Assembly (NCBI GenBank): GCA_044344255.1
Contig: JBIJDH010000003.1
Coordinates: forward strand, 525,485 to 589,484
Length of the DNA stretch: 64,000 nucleotides
From: Myxococcota bacterium
GTDB lineage: Bacteria > Myxococcota_A > UBA796 > UBA2385
Reading direction: 5' to 3'
Below are positions 50,411 through 60,160 of the stretch, piece by piece. The notes beneath the pieces were generated by a model. That model was not told the origin of the DNA, did not search any database, and was given only the letters and a program-made list of their open reading frames with translations. The position numbers and the translations under genes are program-made. Each line of letters starts with the position of its first letter. Within the stretch, counting starts at the first letter, position 1.

Positions 50411-53400
50411 ATGCGTCTACTCGCCCTCCTCTTCCTCGCTCCGACGGTCCACGCCGAGCTCCCGCTCCCCACCTACCCGCAGTGCGGCGAGCCCGATCGT
50501 CCTGACCTTTGTCCTGCCGACTACGAGGGTGAGTGGAGCTTCCAGAGCTGGATCCCGGCTGGCTCCCGCGGCTCTGTCCGCGCCGAGGAGCTCGCCCTCG
50601 GCAGTGGCATGTGGGCGGACCGCGCCTGGCGCATCAGCACCGGCCGGTGGGACGTCATGATCGCCATCGCAGACTCCGGTATCGACTGGGCTGAGGGCAG
50701 CATCGTCAACAAGCTGTGGTTGAACATGGAGGAGCTCCCGCTACCGCAAGACGCGAGCGGCGTGCCCTCGGCAGACCACGACCTTAACGGAGACGGGCTC
50801 GTCAACATCAATGACTACGCCGAAGATCCGCGGGTTGACGCCACCGCGGGCCGCGACGTGGCCGACCACATGCTCGACCCCTCTGACCTCATCTACACCT
50901 TCTCCGACGGCGTCGATGACGATGGCAACGGCTTCGTAGACGATATCTGCGGCTGGGACTTCTTCGGCCGCGACAACGACCCCTTCCACGAGTACTACGA
51001 CGGCTTCGGGACCCACGGCTCCGGGGTGGCCGAGGAGGCCGCCGCCGAGGGCAATGACAGCCACGGCGACATCGGCGTCTGCCCGAACTGCTCGATCCTC
51101 CCCGTTCGGGTGGGCGACACCTTCGTCACCGACGGAAACCGCTCGGCCGAGGGCATCTCTTACGCCGTCGATATGGGCGCCGTCGCGGTGAGCCAGGCGG
51201 TGGGGGCGCTCACCAGCCCCGAGCTCGCTGCAGCCGCCGTACGCTACGCCACCGATATGGGCACGAGCATCATCGGCGCCACCGGCGACGAGAACGCCTA
51301 CCACCACAACTTCCCGGCGATGCTGGACAATGTGGTCTATGTGCACTCGATCAAGAGCAACGGCGGAGACGAGAACGGCGCCGGAAACTACACCTACATG
51401 ACCACGTGGAACTGTAACAACTACGGGCCGCGGGTCACCATGGTCGCCCCCTCCTCTGCGTGCGCGACGGGCGCCGTGGCGAACATCACCGGGGCGGTGG
51501 GCTTGCTGCACTCGGCGGCCCGTGACGCCGGGGTCACGCTCAGCGCCCTGGAGGTCTACCAGCTCCTCACCAGGACCACCGACGACATCGCCTTCTCCGA
51601 GGCCGATCTCGCCGAAGCGAAGCCCTACCCCAGCCACGAAGGCTGGGACCCCTACACCGGCTATGGGCGGTTGAACCTGGCCCATGCCGTGGAGGCGGTA
51701 GCGTCGGGTCAGATCCCGCCCACCGTAGACGTGACCGCCCCCGCCTGGTTCTCCACCTTCGATCCCGCCCAGCAGCCCTCGGTGGAGATCACGGGCACGG
51801 TCTCAGCGGAGCGCTCGGCGTCCTTTACCTACACCGTGGAGCTCGGCCACGGCTTCGATCCGGACAGCTGGAGCGCGGTGGGTGAGGGGAGCGGGTCGGG
51901 CTCCTTCACCGGTACCCTCGCCACGATCGACCTCAGCGCCATCCCGACCGCGCCGATGGCCGAGCCCACCTTCGACGAGGGCATCGTCCAGCGTCTCGAG
52001 CGGGTGGACGCCCCCTCCGCCACGGTTCGGATCACGGTCACCGACGCCGAGGGGCGCACCGCGGAGCTCCGAAAGACCTTCTACGTCTACCGCGACCCCG
52101 ACCTCCTGCGGGGCTTCCCGTACGCGCTCGGGTCCTCGGGTGAGTCGAGCCCTATCCTCGCCGATCTGGACGGGGACAACATCTTCGAGATCGTCATCGC
52201 CAATTCGGGCGGTCGGGTCCTCGCGATGAAGGGCGACGGCAGCATGCTCCCGGGGTGGCCGACCTCGGCCGACCTCATCCCCGACCCTCACCCTGGGCAG
52301 GCCGGCTTCGCCTCCGGCGCCCTCCCCGAGAACCGGGAGAATTTCATCTCCACGGTCGCGGTTGGCGACATCGACGGCGACGGTGAGCCCGAGGTGGTGG
52401 CTGCCAGCTTTCAGGGTGGCGTCTACGCCTGGCACGCTGACGGCAGCGGGGTCGCCGGCTTCCCGGTCCGCGCGATCGGCCGCGGCCCCGAAGAATTTGA
52501 TACCCAGCACCTCTACGATCAGGGCTTCATGGGTTCTCCTTCTCTCAACGACCTCGATGGAGACGGTGACCACGAGATCCTGCTGCTCGGGCTCGACAGC
52601 CGCCTCTACGCCTTCAACGGCGACGGGTCGAGCTGGGGGCCGTACCCGAAGGAGATCTGTGCGCCGGACCTCTGTGGCGTGAAGGGCTACCGCATCATCA
52701 ACACGCCTGCGGTGGGGGACGTGGACGGTGACGGCGACCTCGACATCGGCTTCGGCACCAACGAGGCCGCCCAGGGCGATCGCTTCAGCGTGAGCTACCT
52801 CCTCGACGCCACCACGGGGGAGTCCCTGCCGGGCTGGCCCAAACAAGACCTCGGGTTGATCAACACCGCCGTGCTGCTGCCGCTGATCGGCGAGGGGCAC
52901 CCCGCCTCGATGGCCTTCGCTGACCTCGACGGAGACGGCACCCTCGAGATCGCCAACCCAATCATGCTCGGCACCACGCCGCTGCTCGGCGCTGACGGGG
53001 AGACTCACACAGAGATCGGCTACTACGCCGAAGACTTCGGCGCCTCGACCAACGCCGGCAACGTCCCGGCGATGGTGCAGTTCGTGAGCCAGCCGGCCTT
53101 CGGAGATCTCGACCAGGACGGCGTCGTAGACTTCGTCATGGGCGGGGCCAGCACGACCTACCTCGTCAGCCTCGCCCTCACCGCCATGTATGACTTCCAG
53201 AACCCGGTTGGCGCCTGGAGCGGGGTCGACGGCAGCGCCTTCCCCGCCTGGCCCCGTCAGATCGAGGACGCCCAGTTCTTGATGTCCCCTGCGGTGGCCG
53301 ATGTCTCGGGCGACGGCGCACCCGAGGTCATCTACGGCTCGGCGGGCTACCTGATGCACGCCTGGGACGTCGATGGGGTCGAAGCGCCGGGCTGGCCGAA

Positions 53401-53758
53401 GTTCACCGGTAACTGGCTCCTCGGCAGCCCTGCGGTCGGCGACATCGACGGGGACGGCTTCGTCGAGGTTGTGGTCTCCACCCGCGAGGGCTGGCTCTTC
53501 GCCTGGCACACCCGGGGCCGCGCCGATCAGGACGTCCAGTGGGCGATGGCCCGCCACGACGCTCGAAACACCGGCAACTACGAGACGCCCCTCGCCCTCC
53601 AGGCTGGGCCCGTCGGTGTGGTGGACGGCGAATTCCTCGGCGGCGGCGGATGTTGCGGTGGTGGGAGCTCAGCGGCGCTGGTGCTCCCCGTCGGGCTTGG
53701 TCTGCTCGCCGGTCTCCGCCGTCGCCGCGGGCCCGTCGAGGCGCCCAAGCGCGCCTGA
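50411..53758 (+). CDS. secreted S8 subtilase-like protein with FG-GAP/VCBS repeats and MYXO-CTERM-like tail
   Basis: IAIADSG, GTHGSGVA, DDDGNGFVDDICGWDF; repeated GDIDGDG; tail GGGCCGGG...GLRRRR. Confidence 0.82.
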   Translation: MRLLALLFLAPTVHAELPLPTYPQCGEPDRPDLCPADYEGEWSFQSWIPAGSRGSVRAEELALGSGMWADRAWRISTGRWDVMIAIADSGIDWAEGSIVNKLWLNMEELPLPQDASGVPSADHDLNGDGLVNINDYAEDPRVDATAGRDVADHMLDPSDLIYTFSDGVDDDGNGFVDDICGWDFFGRDNDPFHEYYDGFGTHGSGVAEEAAAEGNDSHGDIGVCPNCSILPVRVGDTFVTDGNRSAEGISYAVDMGAVAVSQAVGALTSPELAAAAVRYATDMGTSIIGATGDENAYHHNFPAMLDNVVYVHSIKSNGGDENGAGNYTYMTTWNCNNYGPRVTMVAPSSACATGAVANITGAVGLLHSAARDAGVTLSALEVYQLLTRTTDDIAFSEADLAEAKPYPSHEGWDPYTGYGRLNLAHAVEAVASGQIPPTVDVTAPAWFSTFDPAQQPSVEITGTVSAERSASFTYTVELGHGFDPDSWSAVGEGSGSGSFTGTLATIDLSAIPTAPMAEPTFDEGIVQRLERVDAPSATVRITVTDAEGRTAELRKTFYVYRDPDLLRGFPYALGSSGESSPILADLDGDNIFEIVIANSGGRVLAMKGDGSMLPGWPTSADLIPDPHPGQAGFASGALPENRENFISTVAVGDIDGDGEPEVVAASFQGGVYAWHADGSGVAGFPVRAIGRGPEEFDTQHLYDQGFMGSPSLNDLDGDGDHEILLLGLDSRLYAFNGDGSSWGPYPKEICAPDLCGVKGYRIINTPAVGDVDGDGDLDIGFGTNEAAQGDRFSVSYLLDATTGESLPGWPKQDLGLINTAVLLPLIGEGHPASMAFADLDGDGTLEIANPIMLGTTPLLGADGETHTEIGYYAEDFGASTNAGNVPAMVQFVSQPAFGDLDQDGVVDFVMGGASTTYLVSLALTAMYDFQNPVGAWSGVDGSAFPAWPRQIEDAQFLMSPAVADVSGDGAPEVIYGSAGYLMHAWDVDGVEAPGWPKFTGNWLLGSPAVGDIDGDGFVEVVVSTREGWLFAWHTRGRADQDVQWAMARHDARNTGNYETPLALQAGPVGVVDGEFLGGGGCCGGGSSAALVLPVGLGLLAGLRRRRGPVEAPKRA

Positions 53759-53827
53759 GGGGGCGTCGGCGGACAGGCGAGGGCGCGCGCGCCCCCGCGC
53801 CCAGAGAGTCCGACGCCGCCGGATCGT

Positions 53828-55198
53828 TCAGGCGGCGAGGAGGGCCGGGTTCTCGATGTAACGACGCACCACCTGCAGGAAGCGGGCGCCGAGGGCTCCG
53901 TCCACGACGCGGTGATCGCAGGTGAGGGTGACCTTCATGCGCCAGCCGGTGGTGAGCGCGCCCGACGCGTCGACCACGGGCTCTCGCTGGAGCGACCCCG
54001 CGGCGAGGATCAGTGCCTCCGGCGGGTTCAAGATCGCCGTGAAGTGCTCGATCCCCATCATGCCGAGGTTGCTGATCGAGAAGGTGGAGCCCGTGTACTC
54101 GTCCGGCTGCAGCTTCCGCTCGCGGGCCCGTCCGGCGAGGTCGCGCATCTCGTCGGCGATTCGTGCGACGCCCTTCTGATCAGCGTTCCGGATCACGGGG
54201 GTGATGAGGCCGTCGGGTAGGGCGACCGCGACGCCGATGTGAACCGCGGCGTGTCGGGTGATCGCCTCTTCACCCCACGATGCGTTCACCTCGGGGACCT
54301 CGCGGAGGGCGCGGGCGCAGGCCTTGATGAGCAGATCGTTGTAGCTGACCTTGAGGCCTGCCCCGACGAGCTGCTCCCGGAAGGACACGAGGCGATCACA
54401 GTCCAGGCGGGCGGAGAGGAAGAAGGCTGGAGCCTCCTGCCAAGCCACACGGAGCCGCTTGGCGATGGTCTTGCGCATCTGACTGTTGCGGACGAGCTCA
54501 AAGGCTGGGGGAGCCGCCGGCGCGGTGGTCAGGGGAGGGGCGGTGGGGCGGGCCGCGGCTTCGACGTCTGCACGAACCACTCGACCGCGCGGGCCGGTGC
54601 CTTGCACGTTGGCGAGGTCGACCCCGAGCTCGTGGGCGGCCCTTCGGGCGGCGGGGGCGGCGCGGACACGGCCCTCAGCGCTCCCGCTCACGTCCGAGCC
54701 GGGCTCGAAGAGGTGCTGCTCCATGATCCCGTGGATCAGCGGCCTCCCGGCCCATGTGGGTGGGGAGGTCCGGCTCGGCGCCGAGGCGCCCTTTGGCGCG
54801 ATCGGTGGCGCCGCGGGAGAGGACCCACCTGTGGCCGTGACGGTCACCGGTGCCGGTGCGACGACGGTCGCAGGGGCCGGGGCGACGACGGGCGCGGGCG
54901 CTGCGGCGGGCGGAGCTCCCGCGGACAGGGAGGCGAGGAGGGCGGAGTAGTCCTCCCCGATGGACTTCCCGATGATCGCGATCGGCTGGCCGGCCGGGGC
55001 GGACTCCCCCGCGGCCACGAGGATCTTCAACAAGACAGCCTTGTCGAAGATCTCGATCTCCATGGCAGCCTTGTCGGTCTCGACCTCGGCGAGGACGTCG
55101 GAGGGGGAGAGGACGGCGCCCTCCGCCTTCTTCCAGGAGAGGATGGTGCCGGCCTCCATCGTGGGGGAGGCCTGGGGCATGAGGAAGAATTCGGCCAT
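53828..55198 (-). CDS. pdhC: pyruvate dehydrogenase E2 dihydrolipoamide acetyltransferase
   Basis: EVETDKA lipoyl site, GTGPRGRV, ISNLGM, DHRVVDGA. Confidence 0.95.
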   Translation of the reverse strand: MAEFFLMPQASPTMEAGTILSWKKAEGAVLSPSDVLAEVETDKAAMEIEIFDKAVLLKILVAAGESAPAGQPIAIIGKSIGEDYSALLASLSAGAPPAAAPAPVVAPAPATVVAPAPVTVTATGGSSPAAPPIAPKGASAPSRTSPPTWAGRPLIHGIMEQHLFEPGSDVSGSAEGRVRAAPAARRAAHELGVDLANVQGTGPRGRVVRADVEAAARPTAPPLTTAPAAPPAFELVRNSQMRKTIAKRLRVAWQEAPAFFLSARLDCDRLVSFREQLVGAGLKVSYNDLLIKACARALREVPEVNASWGEEAITRHAAVHIGVAVALPDGLITPVIRNADQKGVARIADEMRDLAGRARERKLQPDEYTGSTFSISNLGMMGIEHFTAILNPPEALILAAGSLQREPVVDASGALTTGWRMKVTLTCDHRVVDGALGARFLQVVRRYIENPALLAA

Positions 55199-55201
55199 GG
55201 C

Positions 55202-56203
55202 TCAGTACCTGTGCAGCTTCTGGATGGCTTCGACGACGCGCTCGGGGCTGATGCCCACGAGCTTCTCCAGGTTTGTGGCGTAGGGCGTGGGGATGTCGCG
55301 GTTGGTCACTCGCATCACCGGCGCCTCGAGCTGCTCGAAGCAGGCCTCTGTGATGCGAGTGCTGATCTCGGCGGCGACTCCCGCGAAGGGGAAGCCCTCC
55401 TGAACGACGAGGCAGCGCCCGGTCTTGGCCACGGAGCGGAAGATGGTCTCGTGATCGAGGGGGCGGAGCGAACGGAGGTCGATGATCTCGCAGTCGATGC
55501 CCTCGGCGGCGACCACCTTGGCCGCGGCCTCCGCGTTCTGGACCTGCTTGCCCCAGGTGACGATCGTGAGGTCGTTGCCAGCGCGGCGGACGTTTGCGAG
55601 GCCGAGCGGGATGATGAGCTCGGCCTCGGGCACCTCGCCCTCGACGCCGTAGGTGAGCTCACTCTCGAGGAAGCACACCGGGTTGTCGTCCCGGATCGCC
55701 GCCTTGAGGAGCCCGTAGGCATCATGGGCGTCACAGTAGGTGACCACCTTGAGCCCGGGGAAGTGCGCGTAGAGGGAGTCCACCGAGGTGGAGTGCTGGG
55801 AGCCCAGGTTCTCGGCGGAGCCGTTCGGCCCGCGGAAGACGATCGGAATGTTGAACTGACCGCCCGACATCTGGAAGATCTTGGCGGCGCTGTTGATGAC
55901 CTGGTCATAGGCCACGAGGGAGAAGTTCCAGGTCATGAACTCGATGATCGGGCGCATCCCCGCCATCGCCGCTCCGACGCCGAGCCCGGCGAAGCCGTTC
56001 TCGCTGATCGGCGTGTCCACCACGCGCTCCGGGCCGAACTCGGCGAGCATTCCCTGGCTCACCTTGTAGGCGCCGTCGTATTGGGCGACCTCTTCGCCCA
56101 TCAGGAAGATGCGGTCGTCCCGACGCATCTCCTCCACCATGGCGCGTCGTAGCGCCTCTCGGATCTTCATCCGGACTGTCCCGGGGGAGCTTGTACCGGC
56201 CAT
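55202..56203 (-). CDS. pdhB: pyruvate dehydrogenase E1 beta
   Basis: GEEVAQYDGAYKVS, DTPISE, EFMTWNF, VFRGPNG, IDLRSLRPLD. Confidence 0.95.
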   Translation of the reverse strand: MAGTSSPGTVRMKIREALRRAMVEEMRRDDRIFLMGEEVAQYDGAYKVSQGMLAEFGPERVVDTPISENGFAGLGVGAAMAGMRPIIEFMTWNFSLVAYDQVINSAAKIFQMSGGQFNIPIVFRGPNGSAENLGSQHSTSVDSLYAHFPGLKVVTYCDAHDAYGLLKAAIRDDNPVCFLESELTYGVEGEVPEAELIIPLGLANVRRAGNDLTIVTWGKQVQNAEAAAKVVAAEGIDCEIIDLRSLRPLDHETIFRSVAKTGRCLVVQEGFPFAGVAAEISTRITEACFEQLEAPVMRVTNRDIPTPYATNLEKLVGISPERVVEAIQKLHRY

Positions 56204-56348
56204 GCTTGCCTCGGTCTCAACTGGGGTCGGGCTCCCTACCACGTTCGGGCGGGTGACGGTCGTCCGTCCAGCTCCTGTCGGAGCGCACAGTTTTTTCCAT
56301 CCTCCACCCTTGCCGGGCGGGGTGGGGTTGCATAAACGGCTGGGGTCA

Positions 56349-56435
56349 GCGCGGATGGCGGAATTGGTAGACGCGCCAGTTTGAGGTGCTGGTGGCAGCA
56401 ATGCCTTGGGGGTTCAATTCCCCCTCCGCGCACCA
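56349..56435 (+). tRNA. tRNA-Leu(GAG), copy 1
   Basis: GCGCGGA/TCCGCGC acceptor stem, CCAGT-TTGAGGT-GCTGG anticodon arm, long variable arm, GGTTCAATT, encoded CCA. Confidence 0.95.
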
Positions 56436-56444
56436 CCCCAAGAG

Positions 56445-56472
56445 GAGGCCGACAGGGAAACCTGTCGGCCTC
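56445..56472 (+). terminator. hairpin after tRNA copy 1
   Basis: GAGGCCGACAGG-GAAA-CCTGTCGGCCTC. Confidence 0.7.
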
Positions 56473-56612
56473 TTCGCATTTCCCTCGGTCGTCAGGCGGA
56501 ACCGGCCTGGTTGGCCGGATCTGTCCGAAGGGGGACAGGCCGACTGTGTCGAGCGCTTGCGCGCGGTCGGGCCTTGCGAGCTCGGCGCCGATCGAGTATG
56601 GGAGTTGAGTCA

Positions 56613-56699
56613 GCGCGGATGGCGGAATTGGTAGACGCGCCAGTTTGAGGTGCTGGTGGCAGCAATGCCTTGGGGGTTCAATTCCCCCTCCGCGCACCA
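56613..56699 (+). tRNA. tRNA-Leu(GAG), copy 2
   Basis: Identical 87 nt to copy 1, 264 bp downstream. Confidence 0.95.
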
Positions 56700-56707
56700 C
56701 CCCAAGA

Positions 56708-56737
56708 GAGGGCCGGTAGGGAGACCTACCGGCCCTC
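56708..56737 (+). terminator. hairpin after tRNA copy 2
   Basis: GAGGGCCGGTAGG-GAGA-CCTACCGGCCCTC. Confidence 0.7.
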
Positions 56738-56811
56738 TCGCTCGTTCGGGGTGGGGAGGGAGCGACGATTCATCGGACTTGACCGGGCCCTCCGCTCACA
56801 TCGGCGGGCGT

Positions 56812-57873
56812 TCAGCCCACCTCGAGGGAGGTGGTCTGCGGGGCGTAGACGAAGTCGTAGAGCCGAGCCTCGTCCGGGATCGGGCTCTCCTTGGCGAACC
56901 GGGTCGCGTCGTTGACCTCGTCTTCCACCGACTGGTCGGTGGCCTCGATCCGCGCCTCCGCCATGCCGAACTGGTTTAGCAGCCGGCTGCGCGTGATCTT
57001 GAGGGGGTCGGAGGTCTCCTTCTTCTCGTCGAGCTCCCCGTTCGGACGGTAGCGCGCCGGATCGGACATCGAGTGCCCACGGAATCGATACGTGATGGCC
57101 TCGAGCAGCACGGGGCCGTGACCGGACCGGGCAAAGGCCGCCGCGCGACCCACCCGCTCGCGTACGATCTCCACGTCGAAGGCCTCGAAGGAGTCTCGCT
57201 CCATCCCAACCCCGTCTGCTCGCAAGCTGAGGTCGGTGAGGGCCGACTGACGGTGAAGGGCCGTGCCCATCGCGTAGAAGTTGTTTTCGACGATGAAGAC
57301 CACGGGCAGCTTGTAGAGCTGCGCCAAGCAGAGCGCCTCGAAGAACGCGCCCTGGTGACAGGCCCCATCTCCAAAGAAGCAGACCGCGACGCGCCCCTCG
57401 GCGCGGTGACGGATGGCCCAGGCCACGCCGGTCGCGAGGGGGAGGTGTGCGCCGACGATCCCGTAGCCTCCGAGGAAGCGGACGGACTTGTCGAAGATGT
57501 GCATCGATCCGCCCTGCCCCTGAGACGAGCCGGTCGACCTGCCGTACAGCTCTGCCATCAAGGCGCGTGCAGGGACGCCCTTCGCCAAGGCGTGGCCGTG
57601 TTCACGGTAGGCGGAGATCCACCAGTCATCGCGGGTCGCGGCCGCCGCGCCGACCGCGACGGACTCCTGCCCGATGTAGAGGTGGCAGAAGCCTCGGATG
57701 TCTCTGTTGGTATAGGCTTTGGCGGCCTGCTCTTCGAGCCGGCGAATGAGCTGCATCTCTCGGTACAAGAGAAGCAGCCCGTCCGCGTCGAGGGCGGCCA
57801 GACCGCTGTGGGCCGGCAGGACCTCGCGCTCGGGCTGGACTCGGTGATCGGGGGGATCGAGCGGTGCGGACAA
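56812..57873 (-). CDS. pdhA: pyruvate dehydrogenase E1 alpha
   Basis: GFCHLYIGQE, GGSMH, FGDGA, ENNFYAMGT, TYRFRGHSMSDP; TTG start with GGAGG RBS. Confidence 0.95.
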   Translation of the reverse strand: MSAPLDPPDHRVQPEREVLPAHSGLAALDADGLLLLYREMQLIRRLEEQAAKAYTNRDIRGFCHLYIGQESVAVGAAAATRDDWWISAYREHGHALAKGVPARALMAELYGRSTGSSQGQGGSMHIFDKSVRFLGGYGIVGAHLPLATGVAWAIRHRAEGRVAVCFFGDGACHQGAFFEALCLAQLYKLPVVFIVENNFYAMGTALHRQSALTDLSLRADGVGMERDSFEAFDVEIVRERVGRAAAFARSGHGPVLLEAITYRFRGHSMSDPARYRPNGELDEKKETSDPLKITRSRLLNQFGMAEARIEATDQSVEDEVNDATRFAKESPIPDEARLYDFVYAPQTTSLEVG

Positions 57874-57969
57874 GTACCCTCCACGGAGTGCGAGGGGGAG
57901 TCCTACCACGGCGGAAGCCGCTGGGGAGAGCTGGCGGGGGTGAAGTCCCCTCGCCAGCCCGTGGCCGCC

Positions 57970-60030
57970 TCAGATGCCGAGCCCCTGGATCAGGTAGGCG
58001 GCGCCGGTGGAGGCCCCGCTGCTGCTGTTCTGGGGGGCGCCGATTAGCAGGTCGGGCCAATCGTCGCCGTTGACGTCCCCAGCGCCCGCCACGCACGTGC
58101 CGGCGGCGTCGCCGGAGATGCCGGTGACCTCGCCGCGGAAGGAGATGGCCGCCCCGCCGAGGCTGAGGGTCCCGCGGGTGGTGCCGCTCACGAGATAGGC
58201 GCTCCCTGCTGCGCTCCCGGCGCTCTCATTGTACGGCGCGCCGACCATGAGGTCGATGAACCCATCGTGGTCGACGTCTCCGGCGCCGGTCACCGAGCGA
58301 CCCGCGGAGTCGCCGACCGCCTCTCCCACCATTCGAAGCTCGGCCGCGGCGAGCCCGGCGCCGCTGGTGGCGGAGAGCAGCAGGTAGGCCGCGCCGGCGT
58401 TCGCGCCGCTCCCGTCATTCTCGGGCGCCCCGACGAGGATGTCGGCGAAGCCGTCGTTGTTGATGTCGCCGGCTCCTGCGACAGACGTTCCAGCGTGATC
58501 TTCACCCAGCTCGCCGAGCAGCTCGATGTCCGCGTCGTTCAACGAGATGGCGCCCGAGAGCGGCCCGTAGAGGAGGAAGGCGCCACCGCTCTTGTTGGAG
58601 GAGGTGCCGGCTTCGCGGGCACCGATGAGGAGGTCTTCCAGGCCGTCCCCGTTGACGTCGCCGGCGAGGGCGATGGACCAACCCGCGGTGTCACCGGACC
58701 GCCCGCCGACCACCTTGGCCGCGGCGGTGGTGAGGCTGAGGTTCGTGGTGCCCGAGCTGAGGGGGCCGGCCACGACGTACACGGCGCCCGAGTCGTTACC
58801 CGCGGCGTCGTGGTAGGGCGCTCCCACGATCAGGTCTGCTCCGCCGTCTCCAGTCACGTCGGCTCCCCCCGACACGGAAAATCCGGCGTTATCCGCAGTA
58901 GACTGGCCGTTGAATATAGCCTGGTCGCCGTCGCTCGGGCTGATGCCAGACCCGGGGTTCAGTACGACGCGGACGCCTCCTGCGTTGCCACCGCCCGGAC
59001 CGTCCTGGTTCGGAACGCCGATCGCGATGTCGTCGGCGCCGTCTCCGTTGAGGTCGCCGGGGCCCGACACGGCCCAACCGAGCTGGTCCTCCTCCGCCTC
59101 GCCGTACCACGCCGCCGCGGCGTCCTCGGCCAGGGTCCAGGACGTGACCGTCCCGTACACCAGGTAGGTGGCCCCGCCGTTGTAGTCGGCGCGGTCGTTG
59201 TAGGGGGCCCCCACCAGGACGTCGTTGAGCCCGTCTGCGTTGATGTCACCCGCCGCCGAGACCGACCACCCAGCGAAGTCGCCGGAAGAGGAGCCCTGGA
59301 GCCCGGGGCGCTCGTCGGAGAGCTCGAACTGGGCGTCGAGCGCGCAGTCTCCCGGGTCGCCATCACAGTCGTCATCGAGGCCGTTGTTGCAGACCTCCGC
59401 TACGCCCGGGTTGACCTCCGGGATGGTGTCGTCGCAGTCCCCACCGTCCGCGACGTGTCCACTGGGGCTCACGCAGGAGACCACCGAGCCCTCATCGGTT
59501 CCGAACCCGTCGTTATCGCCGTCGGGGAACCAAGTGAGGGGGTCGGTGACGTTGTCGTCGGAGTCGTCGATGGCGCTGTCGCAGTCGTCATCGACGCCAT
59601 TGCAGACCTCATCAGCGCCGGGGAAGATGGTGCTCGCTGCGTCGTTGCAGTCGTCGTTTTCGGCGGCGTAGCCGGTGGGGGAGTAGCAGGCCTCGACGGT
59701 GTCGGCGTCCGACCCGTGTCCATCTCCATCCTTGTCGACGAACCAGTCGGACTTCTCCTTGATGTTCGGATCGTCGTCGTCGCAGTCGTCGCGGGCCACG
59801 ACCCCATCATTGTCGTTGTCTTGGAGGTCGGGGTCATTGTTGCCGCCCTCCCCGCCGTCTCCGCCGTTGGCCTTGGTCAGGCTGTCACAGCCCGCGAGCG
59901 CGAGGAGGAGCGTCCAACACAACAGCCCACCCCCGCGGGACGAGGAGCGCCCGAGGGAGACCGGCGCACACGCGCCGGTGGGTGTGTCGATGGTCTCCGT
60001 GTTCGCCCGTGGGGTCGTGGATGTGGGCAT
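57970..60030 (-). CDS. lipoprotein with Cys/Asp 'DCDD..PGA.EVCNG.DDDCD' repeats and integrin-alpha FG-GAP propeller
   Basis: LAGC lipobox; MopE-like metal-binding repeats; about seven AGD.NGDG..D.LVGAP blades. Confidence 0.85.
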   Translation of the reverse strand: MPTSTTPRANTETIDTPTGACAPVSLGRSSSRGGGLLCWTLLLALAGCDSLTKANGGDGGEGGNNDPDLQDNDNDGVVARDDCDDDDPNIKEKSDWFVDKDGDGHGSDADTVEACYSPTGYAAENDDCNDAASTIFPGADEVCNGVDDDCDSAIDDSDDNVTDPLTWFPDGDNDGFGTDEGSVVSCVSPSGHVADGGDCDDTIPEVNPGVAEVCNNGLDDDCDGDPGDCALDAQFELSDERPGLQGSSSGDFAGWSVSAAGDINADGLNDVLVGAPYNDRADYNGGATYLVYGTVTSWTLAEDAAAAWYGEAEEDQLGWAVSGPGDLNGDGADDIAIGVPNQDGPGGGNAGGVRVVLNPGSGISPSDGDQAIFNGQSTADNAGFSVSGGADVTGDGGADLIVGAPYHDAAGNDSGAVYVVAGPLSSGTTNLSLTTAAAKVVGGRSGDTAGWSIALAGDVNGDGLEDLLIGAREAGTSSNKSGGAFLLYGPLSGAISLNDADIELLGELGEDHAGTSVAGAGDINNDGFADILVGAPENDGSGANAGAAYLLLSATSGAGLAAAELRMVGEAVGDSAGRSVTGAGDVDHDGFIDLMVGAPYNESAGSAAGSAYLVSGTTRGTLSLGGAAISFRGEVTGISGDAAGTCVAGAGDVNGDDWPDLLIGAPQNSSSGASTGAAYLIQGLGI

Positions 60031-60160
60031 GTCTGATCTCCTGCTTCATCAGGATCATGGCACCCGCGGCGTGAGCTCACCGGGCGCCGAGTCCTATCGT
60101 GACACAAAATGGCAAATGTTCCACGGGCCCCAGCTCAGGGCTGGCGGGTCGACGAGGACC

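Noticed and set aside
56345..56708. Direct repeat as CRISPR array or prophage att pair
   Set aside because: Only two units, both full tRNAs with their own hairpins; no cas or integrase genes; the spacer is only 177 bp.
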